Source of the DNA: a virus
Direction: 5' to 3' (one strand)
Length of the DNA stretch: 64,000 nt
Virus record (IMG/VR): IMGVR_UViG_3300006735_000020
Location: 25,325-89,324 of that record
Positions 38,065-48,045 of the stretch are shown here, piece by piece. Every line of letters begins with the position of its first letter. Position 1 is the stretch's first letter. The position numbers and the translations under genes are program-made. Under the pieces are notes generated by a model. That model did not search any database. It worked only from the letters and a program-made list of their open reading frames with translations, and was not told the origin of the DNA.

Positions 38065-38092
38065 TTGATTTTTACTTGCATCCTCATATAAT
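38065..38092 (+). promoter_or_regulatory. Sigma70-like promoter TTGATT-N16-TATAAT
   Basis: -10 lies 6 nt upstream of the queD ATG. Confidence 0.65.
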
Positions 38093-38098
38093 AATATT

Positions 38099-38731
38099 AT
38101 GACTTATACATCTTCGAAGGTACTCGAATTAGGATCAACAGCATTTCGTCAGCCTAATGCAGATTCTCATTGCAAATATTTACATGGCTATCAACTCAAA
38201 GCAGAACTTACTTTTGGTTGTGAAAAACTAGATAACAATAACTGGGTATTTGATTTTGGTGGGTTAAAACAACTTAAAGAAATTTTTAATAATCAATTTG
38301 ATCATACTACTGTTATTTCTGGTTTAGATCCTGATTTGGATACTTTTAAGGACTTGCAAGATAAAAATATTATTCAACTAAGAATTCTAGAAACTGGTGT
38401 AGGTATTGAAAAATTTGGTGAATGGGTATTTAAGACTGCAGATACGTATATTGAAGAAGCAACTGAAGGACGCGTATGGATTGAAAACGTAACAGTATTT
38501 GAGCATGGTAATAACTTTGCATCATGTCATAAGTCTGTAAAAGCTGGATCAACGTTTGTTGATGAAGAGGGTACTAAAACACATGTTGTTGAGGATGTGG
38601 CTCCGGAAGAGCCAATCACTACAACAGAACCACCGGAACAGCGAGTTGATCCAAGAGCTGCTAATGTTGGTCCTGCTAAAAAGAGTAACAACTTTAGTAA
38701 CCCATTTGAAGGTACATCTTGGGGTGCTTAA
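38099..38731 (+). CDS. queD: QueD-like 6-carboxytetrahydropterin synthase with C-terminal extension
   Basis: HCKYLHGY, WVFDFGGLK, FDH, GIE and V.VFEH motifs. Confidence 0.85.
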   Translation: MTYTSSKVLELGSTAFRQPNADSHCKYLHGYQLKAELTFGCEKLDNNNWVFDFGGLKQLKEIFNNQFDHTTVISGLDPDLDTFKDLQDKNIIQLRILETGVGIEKFGEWVFKTADTYIEEATEGRVWIENVTVFEHGNNFASCHKSVKAGSTFVDEEGTKTHVVEDVAPEEPITTTEPPEQRVDPRAANVGPAKKSNNFSNPFEGTSWGA

Positions 38732-39459
38732 GTACCGAGTACTGAGCAAATAAAGCGAAGTATTTTACTTCGAGCTATTTCCGAATTACCAAATTCGAAG
38801 GAATATATATCATTATCTGTGCACTGTTTATTGTTAAACTTGTTAAATATTTCTCTGTAGCCAGATTTGTTAACATCAGCTTGATTACAATCACCAATTA
38901 CGATATATTTTGAGTCTCTTCCAAATCTTGTTAAGATTGTTGTGAGTTCCTTTCGCGATAAGTTTTGCGCTTCATCGACAATGACTAGAGACTTGTTAAA
39001 AGTTAAACCTCTTACAAAGTTAACAGGTATTGCTTCAACAACACCTTTCTGTTTTAACATACTGTAAGTACCTCTATCTGCAATTTCAGTTACCTTCTCT
39101 TCAAGAGGTATTGAGTAAGGTGAAAACTTATCATCAATTTCTCCTGGTAAGGATCCTAGACTTCTTTCAGCAGACTCAGCAACAGATCTAATATATACCA
39201 TTCTGGTAAACTCTTCTTGTTTTATTAACTCAAGACCTGCATAAACAGCTATATATGTCTTCATACTCCCGGCTGGTCCATCAACGAACCCCATCTTTGT
39301 CTTTGGATTCTTAATACAGTTATAAAACTCTCGATGCTTTGGATTAAAATAGAATGGACGCTTAATCTTAAAATTAAATAACCAATTTTTTTCTAATGAT
39401 TCTGTAAGCTCTACTTCTGGCGAACTTACCCGACGTAAACGGGCTGTTTTTACACTCAT
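38728..39459 (-). CDS. phoH: PhoH-like ATPase
   Basis: GPAGSMKT, LGSLPG, FVRGLTF, DEAQN, TRFG and GD..Q.D motifs. Confidence 0.92.
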   Translation of the reverse strand: MSVKTARLRRVSSPEVELTESLEKNWLFNFKIKRPFYFNPKHREFYNCIKNPKTKMGFVDGPAGSMKTYIAVYAGLELIKQEEFTRMVYIRSVAESAERSLGSLPGEIDDKFSPYSIPLEEKVTEIADRGTYSMLKQKGVVEAIPVNFVRGLTFNKSLVIVDEAQNLSRKELTTILTRFGRDSKYIVIGDCNQADVNKSGYREIFNKFNNKQCTDNDIYSFEFGNSEIARSKILRFICSVLGT

Positions 39460-39472
39460 TACTAATATTTAG

Positions 39473-39501
39473 TTGAAAACCCAATAGTTTCATAATATAA
39501 T
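39473..39501 (+). promoter_or_regulatory. Sigma70-like promoter TTGAAA-N17-TATAAT
   Basis: Near-consensus; 9 nt upstream of the queE ATG. Confidence 0.7.
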
Positions 39502-39510
39502 TAAAGAAAT

Positions 39511-40266
39511 ATGATTGATTGTACTAAAGAAACTTTACTAGTATCGGACGATAAAGCATTTTATACACTTGAAGGAGAAGGCGAATATGTTGGCATGCCA
39601 TCTGTCTTTTTTAGGCTTTCGATGTGTAACTTAACATGTAAAGGATTTGCTTCTGAGGATTCTCCTCATGGTTGTGATTCTTATATATCGTGGTCTGTTA
39701 AAAATAAAATGACCTTTAATGAGATTTTTGAATACTTTGAAAAACATAAACTTGTAGATAAGTTACGTGAAGGTGCAATCTTTAAACTTACAGGTGGTGA
39801 ACCTATGGTACAACAAAAGCAGCTACTTAAGTTTATTAAGGCCTTTATATATAAGTACGATTTTCACCCTGTAATTGATTTCGAGACGAATGCTACAATT
39901 CAACCTGATGAAGCTTGGATAAAGGAGTTTCATGCTACCTTTACAACATCACCTAAATTAACATCAAATGGAGATCCAGAGAAGAGGACTTATAAGCCTG
40001 AAGTATTAAAGTGGCATAGAGAAGTAGGATCTGGATTTAAGTTTGTTATTAACTCTGATGAAGACATTAACGAAATATGGCGTAAATATGTTGACGATGA
40101 TACTGTTCGGGTACCGAAAAATAGAATATGGTTTATGCCTTGTAGTGGTAGTAGAGAAGAGCATGTAGAAAGAGCACCTGCTGTTGCTGAATATGCAAAA
40201 GCGATGAATGTTAATTTTTCACCTAGATTGCATTTACTTATCTGGGATATGGCTTTAAAGGTTTAG
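39511..40266 (+). CDS. queE: 7-carboxy-7-deazaguanine synthase QueE (radical SAM)
   Basis: FYTLEGEG, FFRLSMCNLTC...GCDS, TGGEP, ETN, SPKL and RLH motifs. Confidence 0.92.
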   Translation: MIDCTKETLLVSDDKAFYTLEGEGEYVGMPSVFFRLSMCNLTCKGFASEDSPHGCDSYISWSVKNKMTFNEIFEYFEKHKLVDKLREGAIFKLTGGEPMVQQKQLLKFIKAFIYKYDFHPVIDFETNATIQPDEAWIKEFHATFTTSPKLTSNGDPEKRTYKPEVLKWHREVGSGFKFVINSDEDINEIWRKYVDDDTVRVPKNRIWFMPCSGSREEHVERAPAVAEYAKAMNVNFSPRLHLLIWDMALKV

Positions 40267-40281
40267 TGTCATATATATAGT

Positions 40282-41040
40282 ATGAGAATAGCATTTTCAG
40301 GTACAGGGAATAGTGGTAAGACCACCCTTTTAAGAAGCTTTTTATATACGTGGACGGGTTATAAAACTCCAGAAAAAACGTATAGAGAGGTGTTACAGGA
40401 GAAAGAGTTACCTCACTCTTCCGAGTTAACTACTGAAACACAAGAAGAAATACTTAACTTTATGGTTGATGATGTACAATTAGCCGGGAAAGGTGATAAG
40501 GTGGTGTATGATAGATGTCCTCTTGACGCTATAGCCTACTCAATGTGGGGACATGACAAGAAGATTGAAGGCTTTACAAAGGAATTTGTTACAAAACAAA
40601 TTAACTTAATGAGAGAATCGATGAGATCTATTGATATTATATTTTTATGTCGGTTTGATCCTAATCAGGCTATACAGGATGACGGATTTCGTGATACAGA
40701 TAAAAAATTTATAGTGGAGGTTGATAATATCTTTTATTCTCTCTTCAGACAGTATACAGAACACCCGGAAGCTGATGTCTTTTTTCCTAAAGGTGACTCA
40801 CCGTGTATAATTCTGTTACCAGATAATGGTCAAGAGAGGATCGACTTAATTAGTGAATATGTTACTGTTGATGGAGAAATGTATGGTGATGAAAATTCAC
40901 TCTTTAGCCCAGAAAATATTAATCAGTTAGAAGATTTGGTTAAGCAGCAACAGAATGCTCATGACGCTGAAGAAAAAGAAAAAGAACTTAAGAAAAAATT
41001 TGGGTTACCTGGTGGTGGTTATCCGCCAATAACGCTATGA
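40282..41040 (+). CDS. P-loop nucleotide kinase-like protein (AAA_28/dNMP kinase-like)
   Basis: IAFSGTGNSGKTT, YDRCPLD and DDGFRD motifs. Confidence 0.75.
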   Translation: MRIAFSGTGNSGKTTLLRSFLYTWTGYKTPEKTYREVLQEKELPHSSELTTETQEEILNFMVDDVQLAGKGDKVVYDRCPLDAIAYSMWGHDKKIEGFTKEFVTKQINLMRESMRSIDIIFLCRFDPNQAIQDDGFRDTDKKFIVEVDNIFYSLFRQYTEHPEADVFFPKGDSPCIILLPDNGQERIDLISEYVTVDGEMYGDENSLFSPENINQLEDLVKQQQNAHDAEEKEKELKKKFGLPGGGYPPITL

Positions 41041-41834
41041 GTAAGGTTGGGGTAGGTATTATTACATGCAATAGGGTTGCTATGTATAAAAAATGTTGTG
41101 ACTCAATACAAAAGAGTTGGTATGATGAATTAGTTACTGTAAACGATGGTGATCAAAGTATTACATGTAATAATGGTGATTATATAGAGACTTCAGGTGG
41201 AGAAGGTGTTGGTAAGGCTAAGAATAAAGCTATAAAACACTTGCTAGATAAAAATTGTGATTATATCGTTCTTGTAGAGGATGATATGTTGTTTAAAGGC
41301 AACCTCTTCGAGCAATATATTAAAGCACATAAAGAAACCGGTATACATCACTTTATGTTTGCTTACCATGGACCGGCAAATAAGGCAGGAATAAGCAGAG
41401 GGAAGCCGGTTCCACGTAAGGTTATTGATTATGGCGATGTTAAGATTGCTTTAAATCAGCATTGTGTTGGTGCCGTTTGTTTTTATACAAAACAATGTCT
41501 AGATGAGGTAGGGTTATACGACGAATCTTACACTAATGCATTTGAACATGTTGACCATTCATATGAATTAGCAAAAGCTAATTATAGTACACCTTACTGG
41601 TGGTGGGCTGATATTGAAAATAGTTTAGACTATGTAGAAGAACAAGCATGTTCAGAAGATAATTCAGCAATTCGTCCAAGATCAGATTGGCAATCTAATA
41701 TTCAAAAATCAGCTATAAGATTTTCACAAAAGCACGGTGTATCACCAGTACAAGTATCAGATACACCAGTAGATAAAATTATTGATAAACTCAAACAAAT
41801 TAAAAATGAAAATAGACCTATTTTGTCCAAGTAG
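41037..41834 (+). CDS. Glycosyltransferase family 2
   Basis: IITCNR, VNDG, GVGKAKN, LVEDD and GLYDE..AFEHVD motifs. Confidence 0.85.
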   Translation: MSKVGVGIITCNRVAMYKKCCDSIQKSWYDELVTVNDGDQSITCNNGDYIETSGGEGVGKAKNKAIKHLLDKNCDYIVLVEDDMLFKGNLFEQYIKAHKETGIHHFMFAYHGPANKAGISRGKPVPRKVIDYGDVKIALNQHCVGAVCFYTKQCLDEVGLYDESYTNAFEHVDHSYELAKANYSTPYWWWADIENSLDYVEEQACSEDNSAIRPRSDWQSNIQKSAIRFSQKHGVSPVQVSDTPVDKIIDKLKQIKNENRPILSK

Positions 41835-42534
41835 AGAAAGAATTAATAAAGTATTAACGTTTATTTGCAGTATAATTACAACAGCAAAAGATATTAATAA
41901 TATTAATCTCGTTTTAGGAGTTGATGATGATGATCCAAAGCTTGATCATTATTTAAAAATAGCTCAAAATTTAGATTTCATACAAGTAGTACGCTACCCT
42001 GAAGGTCTCATAGAAAAGATAGGATTGTGTGGACTATGGAATGTAATGGCTGAACAAACAACAAATGAAATTATCGCTATGGTTGGTGATGATATGAAGT
42101 TTGAAACACCAGACTGGGATGAAAAAATACTTAAAGAATTTTCTAATAAAGAAGATAATTTTTATCTTATCCACTGCAATGATGGTATGAGGGGTCCGGG
42201 TAACAAGTATGCTAATGTACCACCGTTAGCAGTTAATTCATTTATACATAGAGATTATGTCGATACAGTCGGTCATTATATGGAAGAGGTAGAGCCTAAT
42301 ACCTTTGGTGACACATACCTAGATAAGGTATTTGAACTCTTAAATCGTAAAATTTACTTTCATGATATTATGATAAGGCATATGCATTTTTCAGAGTATG
42401 GTGGAAAGGATCAGGTATCAGTTAATATTGAAAAAACGAGAGAAGGTATATGGGATGATCCTGCTTTTTTTCAAGAAAAATTAATGCCTGAGATTCTTAA
42501 AGAAGTGGAAATTATAAAAGCAAAAATTGCATGA
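41806..42534 (+). CDS. Glycosyltransferase family 2-like
   Basis: PSRER, GVDDDD, MVGDDM...WD and H-x-H motifs; start moved to ATG 41806. Confidence 0.8.
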   Translation: MKIDLFCPSRERINKVLTFICSIITTAKDINNINLVLGVDDDDPKLDHYLKIAQNLDFIQVVRYPEGLIEKIGLCGLWNVMAEQTTNEIIAMVGDDMKFETPDWDEKILKEFSNKEDNFYLIHCNDGMRGPGNKYANVPPLAVNSFIHRDYVDTVGHYMEEVEPNTFGDTYLDKVFELLNRKIYFHDIMIRHMHFSEYGGKDQVSVNIEKTREGIWDDPAFFQEKLMPEILKEVEIIKAKIA

Positions 42535-43193
42535 ACATATATACTCACTATAGTGATTCACATAAAGAATTATATGAAGATTTTTTTAAGCCGTCCTTAA
42601 GAAATATTTATAACAAGGATAAAGTATCTATTCGAGCTGCTTATCATAAACAAACAACTAACGAGGGTAAGTTTATGGAAGCTGGTTGGCTTGATAGTAT
42701 GAAATATAAATTACAGGTTATTCTTCAAGCTATAGAAGAAAATAACAATGATTATTTTATTTTTGCTGATACAGATATTGTTTTTTATGATGATTTTATT
42801 GATGATTTAAAAGAATCATTAGGTAATAAAGATATAGCATGTCAAGAAGATTGTAATTCTCTATGTGCTGGTTTTTTTATAGCTCGTGGTAACGATAAAA
42901 ATAAAAAATTATTTACTGAAATATATAATAATTTTACACAAATGGTAAATGATCAAGTAGCTTTAAATCGCTTAAAAGACATGGTCGACTATAAGTTTCT
43001 AGATAAAGAAAAATATTATACTATTGGTAATTTTTATGATAATCCTGATGGTACACATGTTTGGGACGGTGTTACAAATATTATGCCTCCTAAAAATATG
43101 AAGTTACATCATGCTAATTATGTAGTCGGGGTAGAAGATAAAATTAAGCTTATTAAGTTAATAAGAAATCATTATCTAGCAATGGTAGAATGA
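42531..43193 (+). CDS. Nucleotide-diphospho-sugar transferase (GT77-like)
   Basis: FADTDIVF, CAGFF, NDQ..LN and HHANY..G..K motifs. Confidence 0.8.
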   Translation: MNIYTHYSDSHKELYEDFFKPSLRNIYNKDKVSIRAAYHKQTTNEGKFMEAGWLDSMKYKLQVILQAIEENNNDYFIFADTDIVFYDDFIDDLKESLGNKDIACQEDCNSLCAGFFIARGNDKNKKLFTEIYNNFTQMVNDQVALNRLKDMVDYKFLDKEKYYTIGNFYDNPDGTHVWDGVTNIMPPKNMKLHHANYVVGVEDKIKLIKLIRNHYLAMVE

Positions 43194-44065
43194 TTGTAGA
43201 TTTTAAAGAGTTAAGGATACCTTTAATACATCCAACATACCCTCCATACCACACAGGTAAATATATGGAGGAATACTTTTATGAGTTTTATCTCAACAAT
43301 AAAAAAGAGTTCGATCAAACAGGCTTTACTCTTATACCGATATTTTGGACAAATGTATATATAATGGAGGGTAAGGGGGCTAATAAGCGTAAATTAATAC
43401 AACCCTATTTAAACGCTCTACCGAGTGGTAAATATTTTACTGTATCACAACACGATGATGCAGTAGCAGAGCAACTTCCGGAAGGAACTCTATCATTCGA
43501 AGGGGGAGGTAATGGTAATGGCATACCTCTACCATTAATATGTTCTAAAATGCCTACCAAAACAACTACAACTAAAAAAGATATTTTTTGTTCTTTTGTT
43601 GGATCGGCATCACACCCTGTTCGTCAGACTATTAAAGAAACTTATATAAATGATAGCGACTTTCAATTATATATGAAGCCATGGACACAGGCTATACCTG
43701 AAGCTCAGCTTAATTTTTTTATAGACATAACAAATAGATCAAAATTCTCATTATCACCTCGAGGGTATGGAGCTCAAAGCTTTAGATTCTACGAAATATT
43801 ACAACTTAACTCAATACCGGTTATTGTATACGATAAAAAATGGCTTCCATTTGAAGATGAAATTGATTATGAATCATTTTGTGTACTAGTACATGCAGAT
43901 GAAATTTGTAACTTAAAGAATATACTGAATAATATTTCTGATAAGCAGCAAAAAGATATGCTTAAAAGAGGTAAAATTATATACAATAAGTATTTTACAC
44001 TCGACGGTATGTGTAAACAAATATTAAAAGCATTACAATCAAATGTTGAGTTATCTCAATCTTAG
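43190..44065 (+). CDS. Exostosin-family glycosyltransferase (GT47-like)
   Basis: SFVGS...R and SKFSLSPRGYG..SFRFYE.L...IPV....LPF motifs. Confidence 0.85.
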   Translation: MIVDFKELRIPLIHPTYPPYHTGKYMEEYFYEFYLNNKKEFDQTGFTLIPIFWTNVYIMEGKGANKRKLIQPYLNALPSGKYFTVSQHDDAVAEQLPEGTLSFEGGGNGNGIPLPLICSKMPTKTTTTKKDIFCSFVGSASHPVRQTIKETYINDSDFQLYMKPWTQAIPEAQLNFFIDITNRSKFSLSPRGYGAQSFRFYEILQLNSIPVIVYDKKWLPFEDEIDYESFCVLVHADEICNLKNILNNISDKQQKDMLKRGKIIYNKYFTLDGMCKQILKALQSNVELSQS

Positions 44066-44079
44066 TATAAAATATACTG

Positions 44080-44907
44080 ATGATAGTTGATGGAAATAAC
44101 TTTATAAGTCATTATTTAAAAAATAATATTCCATTTACAGCAGGAAAGCTTGGTGGTAATGAGCTTCAAATTTTATGGTGTACTCTTAATAGATCAAACC
44201 CTTGGGGCCAGCAATTTTTAAAAGAGACACAAGATGTAGCTGGTTTATATCCGGTTAATGATGATACTTTTAAATGGTTTACTGATAATGTATTACAAGA
44301 TTTAAAATATTTAGATTTAGCACCGGTATGGAGAGAGAATGTTCTTCCAGGATTTGAAAAAGATATATATCAAAAATATTGTGATAAGGTAAATATTACA
44401 AAATTACAACATCTAGAGCCATATTTCTTTGATGATCCATGGACAACATATTTAGAGGGTAAAAAAGTTGCAGTGTTTTCTCCGTTTGCAACATCAATAT
44501 CTAATAACTTTAAAAATCTTAGTAAAATATGGAACGGTAAGATAACTTCTAATTTTGATCTTATACCTGTACAGTATCCAACAGCTATTACCATAACAAA
44601 AGATACTCCTTATAAAAACTCACGAGAAATATATGATGAAACTCTTACAAAAGTTAAAGAACTAGATTTTGATATAGGTATTTTTGGTACAGGTCATACA
44701 GGTCTTTTACTAGCATTAGAGTGTAAGAAAGTTGGGAAGACAGGAATACACTTAGGTGGTGCAACGCAAATTTTATTTGGTATAAAAGGTAATAGATGGG
44801 ATAAGATGAAAGAGTTTCAACCATTTTTCAACGAATATTGGTCACGTCCGTTAGAGAGTGAAACTCCTGATCAAATAGACGTTGTTGAACAAGCTTGTTA
44901 TTGGTAA
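44080..44907 (+). CDS. Putative glycosyltransferase (GT-D-like)
   Basis: LEPY...PW...L.GKKV, DFDI..G.G and GIHLGGATQILFGIKG.RW motifs; upstream TTGAGT-N16-TAAAAT. Confidence 0.6.
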   Translation: MIVDGNNFISHYLKNNIPFTAGKLGGNELQILWCTLNRSNPWGQQFLKETQDVAGLYPVNDDTFKWFTDNVLQDLKYLDLAPVWRENVLPGFEKDIYQKYCDKVNITKLQHLEPYFFDDPWTTYLEGKKVAVFSPFATSISNNFKNLSKIWNGKITSNFDLIPVQYPTAITITKDTPYKNSREIYDETLTKVKELDFDIGIFGTGHTGLLLALECKKVGKTGIHLGGATQILFGIKGNRWDKMKEFQPFFNEYWSRPLESETPDQIDVVEQACYW

Positions 44908-44908
44908 T

Positions 44909-45685
44909 ATGAGAGTAATAATAGAATATGATCCGTGGGGTCGACTAGGAAATAGAATGTTTCAATATGCTTTTGCATATTTGTTGGCTGAAAAATTTAA
45001 TTGTGAGTTATTTTATAGAGAAGGTTTACCTAATTTTGGAATTGAACCTAAACCGGTTGATAGATTACAATCTAATGTTTTAAAAGCAAGATCTTTAGGA
45101 GATCAACATTTTGATTTTGATGCAATTAAGGATTTTGATGGTGATATAATCCTTGACTCTTTTGTACAGCAATCGAAGTATTATATCGATAATCGTGATA
45201 CATTAAGAAAGGTGTTTGGAATTAGAGATTTAGATACTATTAATAAAGACTCATTAGTACTGCACGTGAGAGGTGGTGATTATCATCAACTAAAACAGTT
45301 TTTAGGTTTGGACTTTTATAAAGGTCTTATAGATTTTTCTGGATTTTCAAAAGTTAAAATTGTTACAGACGATCCAAAATGTGAAACTGTAACTAATTTA
45401 TTAGAGTATGGATGTGAGCTTGAAACATCTTCACTAGGACCAGATTTTAATATTAATGGAGATAGAAGCGCGATGGATGATATGAAAACATTATTATATA
45501 GTGAAAATCTGGCTATATCACAATCTTCTTTTGCTTGGTGGCCAGCATTTTTAGGTACGCATAAGAAAATTATTTTTCCATACAGCCTTACACTCGATAC
45601 TCAATCATGGCCATTGGATCCAAAACACGACGATATTGATTTGTATTTTGACTTTAATAATACCAGTCATAAGTACGTAAAATGA
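44909..45685 (+). CDS. Alpha-1,2-fucosyltransferase-like (GT11)
   Basis: GRLGNRMFQYA, LHVRGGDY, VTDD and SSFAWW.A.L motifs. Confidence 0.88.
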   Translation: MRVIIEYDPWGRLGNRMFQYAFAYLLAEKFNCELFYREGLPNFGIEPKPVDRLQSNVLKARSLGDQHFDFDAIKDFDGDIILDSFVQQSKYYIDNRDTLRKVFGIRDLDTINKDSLVLHVRGGDYHQLKQFLGLDFYKGLIDFSGFSKVKIVTDDPKCETVTNLLEYGCELETSSLGPDFNINGDRSAMDDMKTLLYSENLAISQSSFAWWPAFLGTHKKIIFPYSLTLDTQSWPLDPKHDDIDLYFDFNNTSHKYVK

Positions 45686-46599
45686 ACATTGTTTTATTTC
45701 ATAGAGGTAATTATTTACCACATCGACCAGATATGTCTGGCTTACCTGGTCATATAAAATATTGTATTAGACAAATACGCCACACAAATCCCGACTATAA
45801 TATATATTTTCTTACAAATTTAAATATAGAGGCACCGGATGACCCTAAAATAAAAATTATTAATGTAAATGAATTTACTGCTCCGGATATTTCTAATTAT
45901 TTTTCACATGATATACCAGAACATGTGCAGCTATGGCAGACATCTATACTAAGAGTATTTTATCTAGAAAAATTCTTAGAAAAATACAATATTGAAGATG
46001 TTATTCATTTTGATAATGATATTGTTTTATATTCTGATCTTAAAAAGTTTGAAAGTAAATTTAAAAAATTTAACCTTTTAATAACTCCACATTTTGAAAC
46101 GGAATATGTTTTTGGTTTTAGCTATATAAAAAATTACAAAGCATTAACAAAAATAAACAAAGAGCTTTTACAGTTAGTAAATTTACCGTTTAGTGAATTA
46201 CAGCAAAAAGTTAATCATGAATGTCCGCATGAAATGAGAATGATTAACTATATAAACAATTGTAGTAATATGAAGTTAATAGATCATCTTCCCGTTGTAC
46301 CAACTGGTGAAGGTAGTGATAACTTTAAATTGTTTAATACTATTTTCGATCCCTCAACATACGGTAAGCATGTTGGAGGGTCTCATGAACTTGGTCATCA
46401 TAATAAACATTATGTACCGACAGAAAGTTGGAATGGTACAGAAGGTCACCACTACGCAGGTAAGCAAATTATTAAAAATAATATTAAAGTTGATTTTAAA
46501 AATAAACAACCATATTTAAAGTGTAGCGATGGTAATATATATGATATTGCAAATTTGCATATACATACAAAAGAGTTAGATAAATTTATAACTTACTAG
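45682..46599 (+). CDS. Putative glycosyltransferase
   Basis: R.FYL, HFDND, EM, IFDP..YG..VGG and NLHIH.K motifs. Confidence 0.65.
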   Translation: MNIVLFHRGNYLPHRPDMSGLPGHIKYCIRQIRHTNPDYNIYFLTNLNIEAPDDPKIKIINVNEFTAPDISNYFSHDIPEHVQLWQTSILRVFYLEKFLEKYNIEDVIHFDNDIVLYSDLKKFESKFKKFNLLITPHFETEYVFGFSYIKNYKALTKINKELLQLVNLPFSELQQKVNHECPHEMRMINYINNCSNMKLIDHLPVVPTGEGSDNFKLFNTIFDPSTYGKHVGGSHELGHHNKHYVPTESWNGTEGHHYAGKQIIKNNIKVDFKNKQPYLKCSDGNIYDIANLHIHTKELDKFITY

Positions 46600-46601
46600 C
46601 T

Positions 46602-47438
46602 ATGTTTATTTCCGGTGAAGCTTTACAAGAGCTAGCTGATTTGACTATAATATTTTCAGATCAGCGTCATGACGAATTATGGAAAGTTCAAATACATAAT
46701 ATAAACTGTAAATACATTGTAATTAGCCCAGGTGATAGCTTACCTGAAGAAATATTTACAGCACGTTCTATTTTTATATACACACATGCACTACCATTAT
46801 TTTTTGAAAGAGTATTTCCGTTATTAACAAAACCTATAACACTCTTATCACATAACTCTGATCACGGTGTAGATAATAATTATTTAGAATATTTAAACAG
46901 TAATAAAATTAATAAATGGTTTTGTCAAAATAGATTAACATCTCATCCAAAATTATTTTCTTTTCCAATAGGAATTGCAAACAGTCAATGGGAACATGGT
47001 AATCAAGAGCTTTTTAAGAGTGTAGTTGATAAAAATATACCTAAAGAATTTTTAGTATATAAAAATTTTGATATAGGTACAAATGCATATGAGCGTAATT
47101 TATGTCACGCTATCACTCAGCGTAATGGTATACCTATGAGCTCAAAAACAACTATTCCTGCGTATTGGGATATGCTAGCAAAAAGCGCATTTGTAATATC
47201 GCCTCCTGGTGGGGGTATTGATTGTCACCGTATATGGGAAGCTCTTTATTTTAAAACTATACCTATTGTTCAAAGCCATGTAAGCTTTTCGCAATTTGAA
47301 CATTTACCAATACTGTTTGTAGATAAATGGGAGGATATAACGATACAGTACCTGCGTAATAAATTATTATATAATGATATTGACTGGAATATAGATGAGC
47401 TTAAGTTAGATTTTTGGAAGAAAAGCTTAGTTGAATAG
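46602..47438 (+). CDS. Exostosin-like glycosyltransferase
   Basis: HNSD, WFCQN, PIG and FVISPPGGGIDCHRIWEALY...PIV motifs. Confidence 0.75.
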   Translation: MFISGEALQELADLTIIFSDQRHDELWKVQIHNINCKYIVISPGDSLPEEIFTARSIFIYTHALPLFFERVFPLLTKPITLLSHNSDHGVDNNYLEYLNSNKINKWFCQNRLTSHPKLFSFPIGIANSQWEHGNQELFKSVVDKNIPKEFLVYKNFDIGTNAYERNLCHAITQRNGIPMSSKTTIPAYWDMLAKSAFVISPPGGGIDCHRIWEALYFKTIPIVQSHVSFSQFEHLPILFVDKWEDITIQYLRNKLLYNDIDWNIDELKLDFWKKSLVE

Positions 47439-47458
47439 TGTACATTGTATTATACAAT
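47431..47458 (+). promoter_or_regulatory. Sigma70-like promoter TTGAAT-N16-TACAAT
   Basis: 5 nt upstream of ATG 47464. Confidence 0.6.
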
Positions 47459-47463
47459 AGGGT

Positions 47464-48045
47464 ATGATTATTAGAGAAGGTGTATACGACGGTAAATTAA
47501 TTCATGAAAGATTTGCTTATAAATATTTTCGAAAGCAAGTATCTCCAGCGGGTAATATTGTAGCATTTAGAGCTCCAATGTATGTTAAAGAAGAGCTTAT
47601 TGACTTAGAAGACTCTTTGAGTAATGATTTTATTCATAGTCAAGATGCTATAAATTTTTGCTGGGAGATTCCTAACTTATGTCCGCTTGGTGCTGTATCG
47701 TTTCAAAGACTACTCAATACAGCAATTGCTAATATTCTATCTAATATTATTCAAAAGCCTATTGTAGTAGATGGTGACGATTTATTGGTGCAAGATGAGT
47801 TTGTAGGTGTTGATAAGCAAGTTCGACAGTCTGGTAAAGTAAGTGTTTCGATTACTTACTCGAAAGATAATGTAGCTGTAGGTCATACCGGTATCAATAT
47901 TGTAGCTGGTGATAAAGCTCCTGCGTTTGCTTACTCTTCTAATTTATCAGAAAAAAATACAGAAGAGTTTATGACTGCTGTAATCGATTATTTTAATAAT
48001 GAGGTTGCTGATCAGTTTGTTGCTACTACAAAAGTAATTGTATGA
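47464..48045 (+). CDS. DUF366-family protein
   Basis: YDG...AY, IVAFR, IDLED, QRLL, DGDDL, KVSVSI and H.GINI motifs. Confidence 0.75.
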   Translation: MIIREGVYDGKLIHERFAYKYFRKQVSPAGNIVAFRAPMYVKEELIDLEDSLSNDFIHSQDAINFCWEIPNLCPLGAVSFQRLLNTAIANILSNIIQKPIVVDGDDLLVQDEFVGVDKQVRQSGKVSVSITYSKDNVAVGHTGINIVAGDKAPAFAYSSNLSEKNTEEFMTAVIDYFNNEVADQFVATTKVIV

